Origin: Ptychomitrium polyphyllum
Taxonomy: Eukaryota
DNA: 64,000 nt
Direction of reading: 5' to 3'
Assembly (NCBI GenBank): GCA_973851085.1
Contig: OZ316776.1
Coordinates: forward strand, 7,378,001 to 7,442,000
Under the pieces are notes generated by a model, which saw nothing but the letters and a program-made list of their open reading frames with translations, had not been told where the DNA came from and made no database searches. Positions 39,701 through 52,118 of this stretch are shown here, piece after piece; the stretch's first letter is position 1; each line of letters starts with the position of its first letter. Both the position numbers and the translations under genes were made by a program.

Positions 39701-42019
39701 CACAGCAGCACAGACGAAAATTTGCAAAGCACAAAATCAACTAACAACTGGCACTTTAAGAATATAACAAAACTACGCTGTACAACTGAAACAAATACCG
39801 AAGAACCTCATCATTAACGTAAGTCAGCCTATTGTGCACGGTGTTACCTTGCCTCAGTAGAACAATATAGATCTTAAAATTCTCATGACTACCTTAAAAG
39901 ACGACGGAAAAAGTAGGGTTATTCATAAGCAGTGCGCTCTTACCAGCAACTTCTGTACATCTGGAGAAAGCGATTCCGAAAATTCTCTACCACCAACATT
40001 GCCCACCTGATTGTCAAATGCCACAAACTTGTCAAGAGCGACTAAGCACATGAGACCCGTAAAAAGTAAATAAAAATTTCAACTTCAAAATTCCCCAGAA
40101 CAGCATTACATCCCAAATATTTATATATGTATCACAGCTATCTCGAAAGGTGCTAAAGTCAACCGAGAGTAAAACAAAAGAAGCTGAGGCTTAGGCCAAA
40201 TTGCTCTTGACACGCTTTTGGCAGCAACTAAATTTGTAGGCAGACACAGGCAAGAACTCTATTATACAAATATATAACACTGAGGATTAAGCTCATCCGC
40301 AGTATTCTAGTGAAATCATTCAAATACAATCATAATTATAAAGTACTGCACACTAAGCGTAAAAACAAAACCACAGATGGCTAGTCTATTGATCTTAATC
40401 TATTAAACAAGAATATTAAAAACAAACAAGAAAATCGTTGAACTTGATGAAAGAAACATAGAGAGGCCTTGCTTGAATTTAGGTTGCACCCGAACATGGA
40501 GCAAGAAGGTGTACCATTGTTAAGGCAAGACATTGAAAGGTCTCATTTCGACCGATAATGTCATTACGGACAGTGTTGATGACCAATCGAAGAAAATCAT
40601 GGTTTTCGTTGAGCAGGCATGATGTCACAATATAGCCAACCTGATTGTAACACCATTCTCACATTAACTCCTATTTTAGCTTTGTTCACAACGGTAGGAA
40701 GTCTATAAACCTCAATGAGCAGATAATCTCGTGAATCTCTAATGCCTGCCATGATCGATAGTAAGATAGTCCTGTTGTATACAAGCGAAGCGGAAAACTC
40801 TACAAAGCCAATGGCGTATGCAACAATCAAACATGATGGAATATACAAGCACTAGTCAATATTGAGAAAACGTAAACACCTGCTTTTCTGCATATTTTGG
40901 AGCTGAAATGAGTGCTACTGTTTCCATGTGCCCGAAGTCCACATCATAGCCAAGCATATAGATGTATAGCATCTTCCAAACATATTTCTTCTTCTCATAT
41001 ACAGACAAGCCCTGAAATCACAGATTGCCGGACAGAAACATATCCCTGGTCAAAACAGTGATTCCAATTCCCAAAAGCGCTGACAAATGCTTTCTTAAAG
41101 GTATTGTCACCGACGATGTTGAATTAGGGCTAGCATCGAAAACTCAGCATCTGCGGGATTATGGAGATTAAATTGACGTAAGAAAGACTGTAGAAATCGC
41201 ACTGCATATTTCAAGTCCCTCGAACTGCAAAAACACAGGAGACAAATCCTAGCAGCTAAACTGCTCCATCTCATAGCTTCAATAATAAAAGCCAATCGAG
41301 AGGCTCCGGTCCTCTCAAACCATACGTCATTGAGCAAGCATTCCAAATTTCGCTGTTATGACAGCCGCAAAGTGGCCATGAAACAACCAGACATAGAAAA
41401 AACTCCGTCGTGTCAAAGAGTGAGCACACAACAGGCAGGGAGGCGACTAACAAAGAAAAACAATTGGCGACAAAACAGCTTCGCACTTTCAGTTCCGTAA
41501 TCACAAACGCTTAGGAAAATCATTCCAACGTCATCTCTTAGCTCTCAATGCTAATTTTTTCCGAAAAATGCATCTTCCAACCCACCAGACTCGCGAACGC
41601 ACGCTTCCACTCTCCATAATTGAACAACAAAAGCTGCATAAACCTTCCAAAGAAACTCAAACGCCGCTCTAATTCTGAACCATTGCATACCAACCAAGCG
41701 ATCCTTCCAAAACACATGCAATGCCTCTGAATCCACCTAGGGTTCCATTCCACGATTCTCACCGCCTCCAAAAATATTCCAAAACCGCCACTAACGGGTC
41801 GACAGCCGCATCATCGCTAAACAAAAACAATTACAATAAAATACCAAACAACCAATCGATCAATCAACCACGCATCACGGCACTCACCCGTTCGTTCTTG
41901 AAGCGCGTCCGAATGTTAGCGAGCTCCTTGTCAACGCGCACCCGCTCCTGCTCCTTATTCTGGCAATTCCGCACATCACTGATGAACACGGACAGCCCTC
42001 GCATCCCCGAGAGCGCCAT
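30702..42019 (-). CDS. AP2A: AP-2 complex subunit alpha (alpha-adaptin), many exons
   Basis: Starts [37 protein letters not shown]. Internal exons include [54 protein letters not shown] and [11 protein letters not shown]. The appendage exons end ...AALAGLL*. Confidence 0.96.
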
Positions 42020-42520
42020 GATCAATCACCTCGCCTCGCTCGCCTGCTCCGTCCTCCACTCGTCGCTCTCTCCTAAGAACACTACTCCGTCTTTGCCCTG
42101 CCTTCCCTCCCTTCCCCTGGCCTTACCAGCGCTGCCTGGCGCCCCGCTGCTTCTCCATGAAGCTCCACCTGCGCGGGCACCTAACTGACGGATCTCTTTG
42201 CTGAATCACAGCGATGTCGAGAATTTAAAACACAGCGACAGAGAGAGCGGCGTAGCTTGGAAAAGGCTGGCGCGCAGCTGCAAGGAGATCGGACAAACTC
42301 AGGGGCAACACTCGTCGAGAGGTGACTTCGGCTTTTCTCTCTCTCCCTCTCTCTGTTTCGGTTTCTGTTGAGAACAATTCAAAACCGAGCCGCTCGTCAC
42401 TGCACTTCCACGTGCCGCCTTGCCCTTGGCCTTGGGAATTGGCGACGCAGCTCCAACTTGGTGAAGGTTCTCGAGGACTCAGTTTCTCGGCTTTTCCCTC
42501 TTGCCGTTCAAAGTAGGGAC

Positions 42521-42620
42521 GGGGTTCGGGGTTCGGGGTTCGGGGTTCGGGGTTCGGGGTTCGGGGTTCGGGGTACGAGGTTCGAGGTTCGAGGTTCGAG
42601 GTTCTAGGTTCGAGGTTCGA
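42521..42620 (+). repeat. Heptamer tandem array (GGGGTTC)n grading into (GAGGTTC)n
   Basis: About 7 GGGGTTC units followed by about 6-7 GAGGTTC-type units are directly visible. Confidence 0.95.
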
Positions 42621-45189
42621 ATAGGGTCGCTCGATAAGAACTCGGCGGCTGTGCAAGAAGAGGCCCCTCGTTCATGGAGGGCCATTTCCACTTAGCTGGA
42701 ACCTGGGATTGACGTTGAATTGCTCCGTTCGTGCCTTCGAAGCCGGGTAGCCTGTGGGAGGCCCTGCGAGGGGGCACGGCAGCCTTTTGAACTCCGGTAA
42801 CTGAACTTTCGGACGAAATTCCCCCCCGTCACTCGCTTTCTGCTCTTGACCAGTCGTTCGCAGAAGTTTATCTGGGGCAGGCGCACTGCCCTGCCCTGCC
42901 CTGCCCTCCATAGCCAGCACGTATGTGAGAAGCACTGCTTTTTCCCACGGTTTCTCATTTTTCAAGCACGTTTTCTCAGTGGAGCAACTACCATCCGACA
43001 TCCGACCTCATCTATTGGTGGCATACATTTGAGTTAGGGGTTTGCGATAACATGCAAAAATAATGTTACAAATACAAAATAATGCAAACTACTCTAAATG
43101 GAGAGAATATATTGGCCTTTTTGAGCATCAATGTAAACTATCCTCTTGGTTTGCATTTGGAAATGGTGAATCTTTAAAATAATTATAAATTTACAGTATG
43201 AAAAACTTCATAAATTCTAATTTTTTAAATTAATTAGAATGCAAAAAGACGTAAATATAATGTATGTATTATCTAAAGAAACATGAAGATGAATACCAAA
43301 TTTAAAAAGATGCATTAATAATCACCATTAATAAACATTGGCTCAGAATAGGATTTCTCATTAATTCTTTATTTTCTATAGTAAATCCTTAAGGATATAA
43401 TGCAGCATTGATTATATGGCTTTTAAAAATTGTATGTCCATGTATTACACATTGAATCATTAAAGACTATAATCTATTATCCTACATGCATGTTACTTAG
43501 CATAATTTGTGATCTCATATTGTCATAACTTATACATATTAGGTTTTCAATAAATTAAGATGTTTTAGTGTATTTCACCACATATCAAAGTATGCATATC
43601 ATTATGTGTATATGAGTCATTATGTTTATTTTATGGATAAAATCTAAATTTTTACCTCATTATGAAGCTACCAATTATTTTCAAAACAATTATTTCTTTT
43701 GGAATATCTATAAGAATAATATATCATTTCCACATTTATAATAGAAAAGCACTTCAAAACAAATGTAAAACTTTCCATAGGTTCAAATGTTCTTATATGC
43801 CAATAAAATTTGCACACGATCAAACAAGTAATGATTGAGTTTGCACACAATTAGTGATCACATTTGCAATGCTTGATAATTACCTCAAGTTAATGTAATC
43901 TTTGCTCTTTCATTCCAAAATAATTTTTATTGCCTTTACAATGTTTGCTTATCAAATGCAGGTTGATATAATCTTCATCAATCCATTCTAAACTAACCTT
44001 TGTAGCATATATAAAATCCTTATTGTTCATACATATAAATATTTAAGCGGTTCATTGCCTATGCAAATGACATTAACAACTTGGGCCAGTGGAATCTACA
44101 AAAGGTTTTAACCACCAAACTTTAGAAGATGAAAAGATGGCATAGTTTAAATATTATATTGAATATGAACTTGGTATTGCATGAGTATAGATTTATATAT
44201 TTTTTGATATTCAAAAAAAAACTTGAATGTACTTAATTAATAAATGTTTATCAAAAGAAGAAAAAATCATATATTCCTTAATCAAATAAGACATTTTTCA
44301 ATCATACAAGTGAAGAAAAAGTCATTATAACATAACTTACACAATGAAAATTGTAAATTTTAAAACTCAATTTCAAACTTTGATCCTATTACATCAAATT
44401 ACATCAACTACCGCTTGACTTACTTCAATAATTTGTAAAAGATTTCTAATATAGCAAAAAGGAGGTATAAACTCTGTCATGGTCACCAATAAAATCACCA
44501 AGCAACATAGTAATCATACTTGGATGAACATCACATAAGCTTTTAAATTTTTATTTATTTTTAATCAAAGTTCATCTAAAACATTTCACGTAGATAAATT
44601 TAGAAGCTATGAAATAATTTTAATATGTCTTAATAAGCATAAAACACCATACGTCTTAGAAAGTCCTTAATTGAAGTTAAGGTCAGCATCATATAAAAAT
44701 CATGAAACATTTTAATACCAATGATTTTGGAATCAAGTAAATTACGTAAATTCCTATGAACTCAAGAAGCTTGAAGCTCAAACTTCAAAATAAGCAATAC
44801 AAACCCTCTGGGCTTTGTTTTAAGCCAGCATCGTAACTACATAAAAGTGCAGCAGGTGGTTTTAAGGCATAAACACCCTTCCTTCCCTGGAAGCATGATC
44901 AGATTTACAGGCACAGGTATAAAGATACCTTATTTTCCATACTTTTGTATGCTCATATCCACTCATCGTAGTGTACACTAACCTTACAGGTCAAAAAAAT
45001 GGTCGAAAACCACAAAGGGGTCCGGACGCCAAATCCATAACGCTCAACTCCCAACTCATTTGAGAGCACCTGCGGTGTGAATGGGGATACCCATGCTGGA
45101 CGACATGTTCCTGCAGTGCTCTCCAAATTCACAACGGAATCAGTTCAGACTGCGTGCACTTACGCAACGAACAGCCCTCCTATTGCACC

Positions 45190-47358
45190 TTAACGACCTG
45201 AAAAGACTTCTGACGACGCAACAAGGGACGAAGCCGTGGAATCGGAAGGCCCTTGCGCGGCGCCCTCAACTCTGGCACCACTCGAGCAAGCCGAGTCTCC
45301 TGTCGATCTCAGGGCGAGTATATGAGAGAATCCCGGCTGGTGGTAGCGGGCGTGAGGCGTGCATATGGGCAATGGAGGCATTGATGTCTCCATCTTCTCG
45401 GGAGACTGCAGCAACTGGGACACCAGTCGCGTCGATGGTCGATCTTCAGGGTTGGGGTTGCAGCACAGGAGCCCCAACTGCAGCAGGTTTGTGATCATCC
45501 TCTTGTCTTCCGTTGCAGCATCCGGGGTGGCGGCCGATGAAGGGTGGGCGCGGTGCAGATCGATCGTGATCGAACCGAGTGACGCTTCTTGGAACTTTGA
45601 TCCAGCACAAGACGCCGAATTTGAATCCGAGGCCGGAAATGCACCTAGTCTCCAGTCGGCTACTTGTAGAATGTCACCGGTCTCATATGCTTGCCACACC
45701 CTGTGCACCAGAACACCCTCTCCGCGTTCGATGGCGGTGGTGTCGAGCGGCCTTGTGCCGCACATCACTTCTAGGATCAGCACGCCGAAGCTGTACACGT
45801 CCGTCTCCTTAGTTGCTTTACCTGTGTACGGCATCTCGGGGGCCATGTACCCTAAGGTTCCTGCCATCATCGTTGTCTTCTCCAGCTTCTGGTGGTCGAT
45901 CAGACGTGCGAGTCCGAAATCTCCCAAGTAGGCATTCAGAGCACCATCCAGCAGCACGTTGCTGGACTTGATGTCCCGATGCAGCACACATTGGACGCAC
46001 TCCTCGTGCAAGTACGAGAGCGCTGCGGCAACCCCGCTTAAAATGGAGTACCGCAGTGCCAGAGGAAGTGCCTCGGCAACGTTCAAGTGCGACATGGTCT
46101 TCCCGGTCCCCTTCTCGAAGGATTTCGAGAAATGGAATAGCCACTCATCTAAGCTGCCGTTGCACAGGTAATCGTACACAAGAAACAGCTGCTCTTCCTT
46201 GCTGCACCATCCTCGCAGCTGCACCAAGTTCCGGTGACGAATCTGGCTGAGGCTGGCCGCTTCTGCTTGGAAACTCTCTTCGCCATGCTTGCTTCCATGT
46301 GTCATCTGCTTCACCGCCACCAGAGCACCTGAAGGAAGAATGCCCTTGTACACGGTTCCAAAACCACCGCTCCCCAGCAGCTCACTTCTGCTGAAGCCCT
46401 TGGTCGCTATGCTCAGCTCGTTGTAGCTGAACATCCGCGGCACAAGGTTCTGGTCTATGAAAGTAAACTTGTCTTGTTTTTTGTGCAGTATTGAACTCCA
46501 CCGGTGTCTTGTTAGATAAAAGCTCGTAACCAGCAATACGACAACAGCCCCTGCAGAGACCCCAGCAATGATCGCCACCTTACCTCTTTGTGATGTATTA
46601 GGTATGGTGACGTGGGGAAAGTTCAGGCTCGCGACTGGGGGCAACGACACAAGCGGAGCAAGCAGTGTTGTATGCTTTTCTAAGGTTGCATTCACCGCCA
46701 ACTGATTTGCAGCGCTCAGCTGCGCCGTAGCGATGCCAAAGTTACCACTTATGACATCTAAAGTTTCGTTGGAAGATCGGGAGACCCCATAAGTAACCAG
46801 GATTTTTGTCCCGTTTGCGATCTGTTTTGCAGTTGGGCAAGCGCAGAAGATCGGCACCATGATGGTGTCGCCAATAGCTAGGTTCAAATAATCTACTGTG
46901 GGGTTTGCATCAATCATCGCCTGCCAAGTCGTCAAGTCGGCGTAGATGGTTATCGCCAGAAACGCGTATGTGTCGCCGGAGGCGATGACGTGCGGCACTA
47001 GCATATTCGTGGTGGCATTCTGGCAGCTGCAGGCTAAGGGGATGTAGAGAGGCTGCCCCTTCGGCAGAGCAGCGTTTGTCGCCAGCTTTGTCAAGCCACT
47101 GAGATTGGCAACAGCTGCCGAGGTTGTGTTGAAATAGCTTGCAACTTTCTCCAACGATTCCTGCGCTTGCCAGGTTCGGTACAAGGCATATGTGCTGCAC
47201 AATTTATCACGACCGTTGCAAGTGTATCCGTGAGTGCTGTTGTATTGCTGTTGTGCAGTTGCGCTCAAAGGTCCCATTGCTGCTGCCCAAACCGAGAGTG
47301 TTGCCAGAGGGAGCCATGTCCAAGGACCGATTTGGAAAAAATCAATACACGAAACCAT
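45190..47358 (-). CDS. Intronless LysM receptor-like kinase (signal peptide, three LysM-like modules with CxC spacers, TM, RD kinase)
   Basis: The ORF has GYTCNG..CSTYALYR, IPLACSC and VPIFCAC ectodomain motifs and a TM helix (VAIIAGVSAGAVVVLLVTSFYL). Kinase motifs GSGGFG, VAVK, HRDIKSSN, DFG and GTLGYMAPE are intact. The first in-frame ATG is at 47358; the ORF track starts at an upstream non-ATG codon, 47472. Confidence 0.92.
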   Translation of the reverse strand: MVSCIDFFQIGPWTWLPLATLSVWAAAMGPLSATAQQQYNSTHGYTCNGRDKLCSTYALYRTWQAQESLEKVASYFNTTSAAVANLSGLTKLATNAALPKGQPLYIPLACSCQNATTNMLVPHVIASGDTYAFLAITIYADLTTWQAMIDANPTVDYLNLAIGDTIMVPIFCACPTAKQIANGTKILVTYGVSRSSNETLDVISGNFGIATAQLSAANQLAVNATLEKHTTLLAPLVSLPPVASLNFPHVTIPNTSQRGKVAIIAGVSAGAVVVLLVTSFYLTRHRWSSILHKKQDKFTFIDQNLVPRMFSYNELSIATKGFSRSELLGSGGFGTVYKGILPSGALVAVKQMTHGSKHGEESFQAEAASLSQIRHRNLVQLRGWCSKEEQLFLVYDYLCNGSLDEWLFHFSKSFEKGTGKTMSHLNVAEALPLALRYSILSGVAAALSYLHEECVQCVLHRDIKSSNVLLDGALNAYLGDFGLARLIDHQKLEKTTMMAGTLGYMAPEMPYTGKATKETDVYSFGVLILEVMCGTRPLDTTAIERGEGVLVHRVWQAYETGDILQVADWRLGAFPASDSNSASCAGSKFQEASLGSITIDLHRAHPSSAATPDAATEDKRMITNLLQLGLLCCNPNPEDRPSTRLVSQLLQSPEKMETSMPPLPICTPHARYHQPGFSHILALRSTGDSACSSGARVEGAAQGPSDSTASSLVASSEVFSGR

Positions 47359-49072
47359 CGTACTCGTGGAGTTTGATGGTGAGTCGTAGGAATCTCTTGG
47401 CAATAGTTGTATTGAAGGTTCTGCATAAAGAAAAGTAGAATTTGACAGAGATCTAAATATGGTGACGCTCACAGGTTTGTCAGCCGCTACCCAACGAAAG
47501 TCCTGCTGCTGTAATTCTAAAAGGCAACATGCAGTGTTCTAGTAGGATGCTCTCATTAGATATATGGTTGCGAAGCTAACACATTACCGAAGCCGGGACC
47601 GACGCCAGAGTTTAAAAAAGAAAGTATGAATACGTACCACATCACGCACAAAGAGAAGTTACGCAAGGCCGTGAACCTGCATCACCATAACACATGAAAC
47701 AAATTATAAGTACATCCGCTACTGGTGTGTGTATCAGCCAGAACCTTGTGGATATCGACAGAATTATACTTTAGCTCTGAATTTTTCAGATGCTTGCAAC
47801 TAGAGCAGAGTATTGATAACGCCATGGTATAATGACGAGACTGTATATGCTCTACTACATAGATTTCCTCTCTGCGGGGATAATTTTGTTGTGCGAAGTG
47901 CAACTCCCATGTGAGAAAACCCAGCAGCTTGGAGGGCTGCGAGTCCAGCATAAGAAGCTTCTTCCTATACGCTGGGCTCTTCATGATCTTTCCGAGGTGG
48001 GGTAGCTAAGATTTGACTTGCAAAAGGAAGGTCTTGACCAGATAGTTTGCCCATGCTCTTTCTGTATGCGGTGGCGCTCATGTGATTGTTACTTACCTAC
48101 ATGGATATTGTGCGTGTGGGCGAGGAAGGGCAAAATCTGCCCAGAGGCATGTTCTAAAACTCACGGCCCTCAAAGCTGCATCATTTCCTCATTTGACTGA
48201 AGCTTACCATTTGATACAGCACAGAAAAGAGAGCTACCAGGGTCCAGGACTGAAAATAGATATGTCACTCAGTTACCAATTTTGCACTAATTTCCATCAA
48301 AATAAATTTTCTAATTCTTTTCGAACCACGGTACGACAGTCGGGTGATTCTTGCGAACCACCCGCCAACAAGCACGAGGAAGACTGATTGGAAAGTTAAT
48401 TTTTCTATTACAGGCTTGCATTAAAAGTACAAATTCAACGGTGCAACAGATCAGAAAACTGGCGCAAGGGATTCTAGTCCTGACTTCACATGATTTTCGT
48501 ATGTTTGTACTATACTTTACGCTTGTTTCGATTAAACAAACAAAACACTGCAAGTGCTTTAGGAGTCTATGCTCCATTATTGAGGACCAACCAAGTGTAA
48601 TTTTTTGTACCTTTAGTCCTGATCCTTTAATTCGTCAGAGTTATAATATTGGTCTAGTAAGCCTCCAAGATAACTCAGGTACTGTCCTATTTTAATCTTG
48701 CAATTGTACTGCTACCACGGGTTTGCAACATTCTTAACAATCAGGCAACTGACAACCACAGACCTAAACTTACACCTTTAAAGGTAAGGACATAATCATA
48801 ATGGAAAAAGTGCTTTATAACCTTAAAAATTTTCAGACACGACTGCGTGATGCAAGCTGAACAAAAATTCAAACTTCGACTTCGAAGTGACGTAAAGATT
48901 GAGTGAGGCACAGCTCAAGTGGTATTCAGAGAACTTCTAAGAGACCGAAACGCACTTGAAGGTCGCCGAGCAACCCTAAGTACCAATTCAAAGGATGTCA
49001 TCAAGAAAGCCGAAGAATTTTTTTGTTAGTCTGCCATTATCACCAAAAGTTAAACACTAGGATATAATCCAG

Positions 49073-49816
49073 CTACACCGCATAATTGTAACTGTACAGA
49101 GCAGTAGATTCAGAAGCCCCTTGCGCGGCGCCCTCAACTCTGGCACCACTCGAGCAAGCCGAGTCTGCTGTCGATCTCAGGGCGATTATATGAGAGAATC
49201 CCGGCTGGTGGTAGCGGGCGTGAGGCGTGCACATGGGCAATGGAGGCATTGATGTCTCCATCTTCTCGGGAGACTGCAGCAACTGGGACACCAGTCGCGT
49301 CGATGGTCGATCTTCAGGGTTGGGGTTGCAGCACAGGAGCCCCAACTGCAGCAGGTTTGTGATCATCCTCTTGTCTTCCGTTGCAGTATTCAGGGTGGCG
49401 GCCGGTGAAAGGTCGCTCGTGGTGAAACCGAGTGACGCTTCTTGGAACTCTGATCCAACATAAGACAAGTCGGCGTAGATGGTTATCGCCAGAAACGCGT
49501 ATGTGTCGCCGGAGGCGATGACGTGCGGCACTAGCATATTCGTGGTGGCATTCTGGCAGCTGCAGGCTAAGGGGATGTAGAGAGGCTGCCCCTTCGGCAG
49601 AGCAGCGTTTGTCGCCAGCTTTGTCAAGCCACTGAGATTGGCAACAGCTGCCGAGGTTGTGTTGAAATAGCTTGCAACTTTCTCCAACGATTCCTGCGCT
49701 TTCCAGGTTCGGTACGTATATCCACTACTATAATATTCCCAGTTGATGGAGTTGATGGAGTTGATGGTGAGGAGCAGAAATCTCTTGGCAGTGGCTGGAT
49801 CAGAGGTTTTGCACAC
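49073..49816 (-). pseudogene. Internally deleted tandem copy of the LysM-RLK (LysM fragment fused in frame to the kinase C-terminal tail)
   Basis: 49466-49715 matches 46933-47182 almost perfectly, and 49118-49465 matches about 45249-45612. The signal peptide, TM and kinase core are missing. Confidence 0.85.
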
Positions 49817-51257
49817 AAGGAACTTATATGAGAACGAACTCTATCAGTGACGCTCACAAAATAGCCAACCTGTACACTTCTAGGGTGGTGCTGCTGCAAT
49901 ACTCAACGACTGCTTCCGTGAGTGTTCTAATTGCATGTTCTCAATGGATGTCTGCTAGCCAGGATTATAGATTACCAACCACCGAGTTAGGCGAAGCTAG
50001 TTTGAACACCAACCGCATCACGCATGGTGAAACTCGGTGCACAATGCTGACGTTTCCCAAACGGCTATGTCGGACAAGTATTCTAAACTACCTGTATTCA
50101 AAATCACGAATTCATAGTTGGTTGAAAATGGGTTGGTCTACGTCATTTCAGCTATCGGTAGGTGAAAGGAAATTGAAAAATAACTGAACATTAACTTACT
50201 CAGAAAAGTTGACAGCTACTTACATGACGGAAGCCCAAGGCTTCAAGTTCATGCAGGTTAACATAAAATTCTGCTCAAGCTATTTCCGGTGTAGATTGGA
50301 ACTCAGATACGTCTGTCCGAAATCGTTGCAGATTGACACAGAAAATAAATTGCACAAATTCGTCCTGAATGCGTCGACAGCCTGTACGAGGATTTATTTA
50401 TAGTTTTTGAGACAAAGTTAAAGCATTCGATCCATTGCGAACCATGGTCTACGAGCCAAATGGTTCTTGCTAACCACCAGCAACTGGTCAACGGGGACGA
50501 AGAAGTGATATTTTGAAAGTCTTGCAGGCAACAAAAGCAGCAGCACGACAGCGCAACAGACTCATAGATCCAAGGACCAGCGCTTGGCACTTGAGTCCTC
50601 GGTTCAGATGCAGTTGTGCAATTGGACCATATTGTATTCTTGTATTTATTATGAAATTTAAATTAGATGCACGTGCAACTTAGGGAGATCGATTCAGCAG
50701 TCTAAGGTCCAATAGTGTCACCTCAAATTATCACTGACTACTAAGGACCGACAATGTATTTCTTGTACTTTGGGCAGGGTAGATTTTTTTTCCATTCAAG
50801 GAACTAATGTAATCAAATACTACAACCACTCCTTTGCAAAATTGACTAACAGAGAGAAAAACGTACACCTTGAAGAGTAAGGGATTTCAGCAAGAGAAGC
50901 AAAGCTTTGAAACTCAGAAAATATTAAAACACGATTTCATGATCAAAGCTGCACAGATATCACTTATGAGAAACTTACTTTCAAACTTTGAAGTGTAGAT
51001 GAGTCTCAGCTCAAAAGGTGAGAAGGTTCCATGAGCGGGACGCAAATGAACGACCCCAAAGAATAATAGTTCACATACTTTTCCAGGAACCACAGAAAAT
51101 AACAGAATTGTCCACCAAAAGTGCCGTAATTAACCCAAGCCCTTGACACGCCTCTGGTATGAAATGAAAAGCACCCAAGAATTCTGCATACACTAACCTA
51201 CATGACACAAATGATTACGACAATTGTTGTATCATCAGCGCTCAACCTCTCTAATGT

Positions 51258-51600
51258 TGTCGCTTATCGTGCAGTGATACTTTTGCTGCGATCTACGTTG
51301 CTACGCTACGTTTCGCTCATACTGCCCCCTATGCTAATTGTTACCATATACTTCTGCGAGATGGATAATTTTACCGCCCACGTTCGTAAAAGTCCTCAGT
51401 GTGAACAGCTTTGATGTCATATTTGTTGGTAGGAACATTCGTTTTGCGTGCGAAGTTGTTGTCTTGAATGGGAAGTCAGTATGGATAGTTCTGTTAACTA
51501 AAAGTAGTGTTCAGTAAGGCGTGTCTGTTTTGCGTAGTATCGTTGAGATGCATACACAACATCGTTTGCAGCATTGTATTTTGAAGCAAAACTCCATCAG
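51258..51600 (+). repeat. Direct repeat copy A (343 bp)
   Basis: Near-identical to 54051-54393, with about 3 mismatches seen. Confidence 0.95.
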
Positions 51601-52118
51601 TGGTGAGGGGAAAAAAAGAAGCAGAACAAAAGCAGGCAAGAGCAAAGAATGGCCAAGTTGGGAGCCATTCAACTGGACTGGGGTGTTTGCCATGCTCTGA
51701 AAGGAAGTAAGGTCAGTCAGCTAGGTATTCGAGCAAGAACGAAAAAATCAACAATTAAAAAACCATAGTAAGTACGGGATTGCAAAGCTCCCCAACAAAA
51801 CTGAATAATTACACAAGTACTGGACACCTTAATCAGGATACGGACACTGCTTCGCTTCAAAGTTCAGACGTAGACTCCAGACGCCTGATTTACAGACTGT
51901 CTCCACAAGACGTGCTTAAAACTAACAGAAAAAAGAAAAGATACATGGTATATAAGAAAACTGTCATCAAACCTATGAAAATTGTAGAAGGAAAGGATCT
52001 CAAAGCAACTCTAAGTATGATTACATATCTAAAGCAATAAAACTCCATTAGAAGTGCGTCCAAGAACCTTACTTCTGTACTAGCATCTAGGCCAACAAAA
52101 TTAACTGTCGAACCAAGC

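Noticed and set aside
42225..42695. ORFs with EPRTPNP / GFGVRGS repeats
   Set aside because: Translation artefacts of the heptamer array.
43030..44750. AT-rich intergenic stretch, possibly a decayed transposon
   Set aside because: No terminal repeats or coding remnants could be identified.
51202..51414. ORF sharing a C-terminus with the ORF at 53869-54207
   Set aside because: The shared peptide simply reflects the 343-bp DNA duplication; there is no independent coding evidence.
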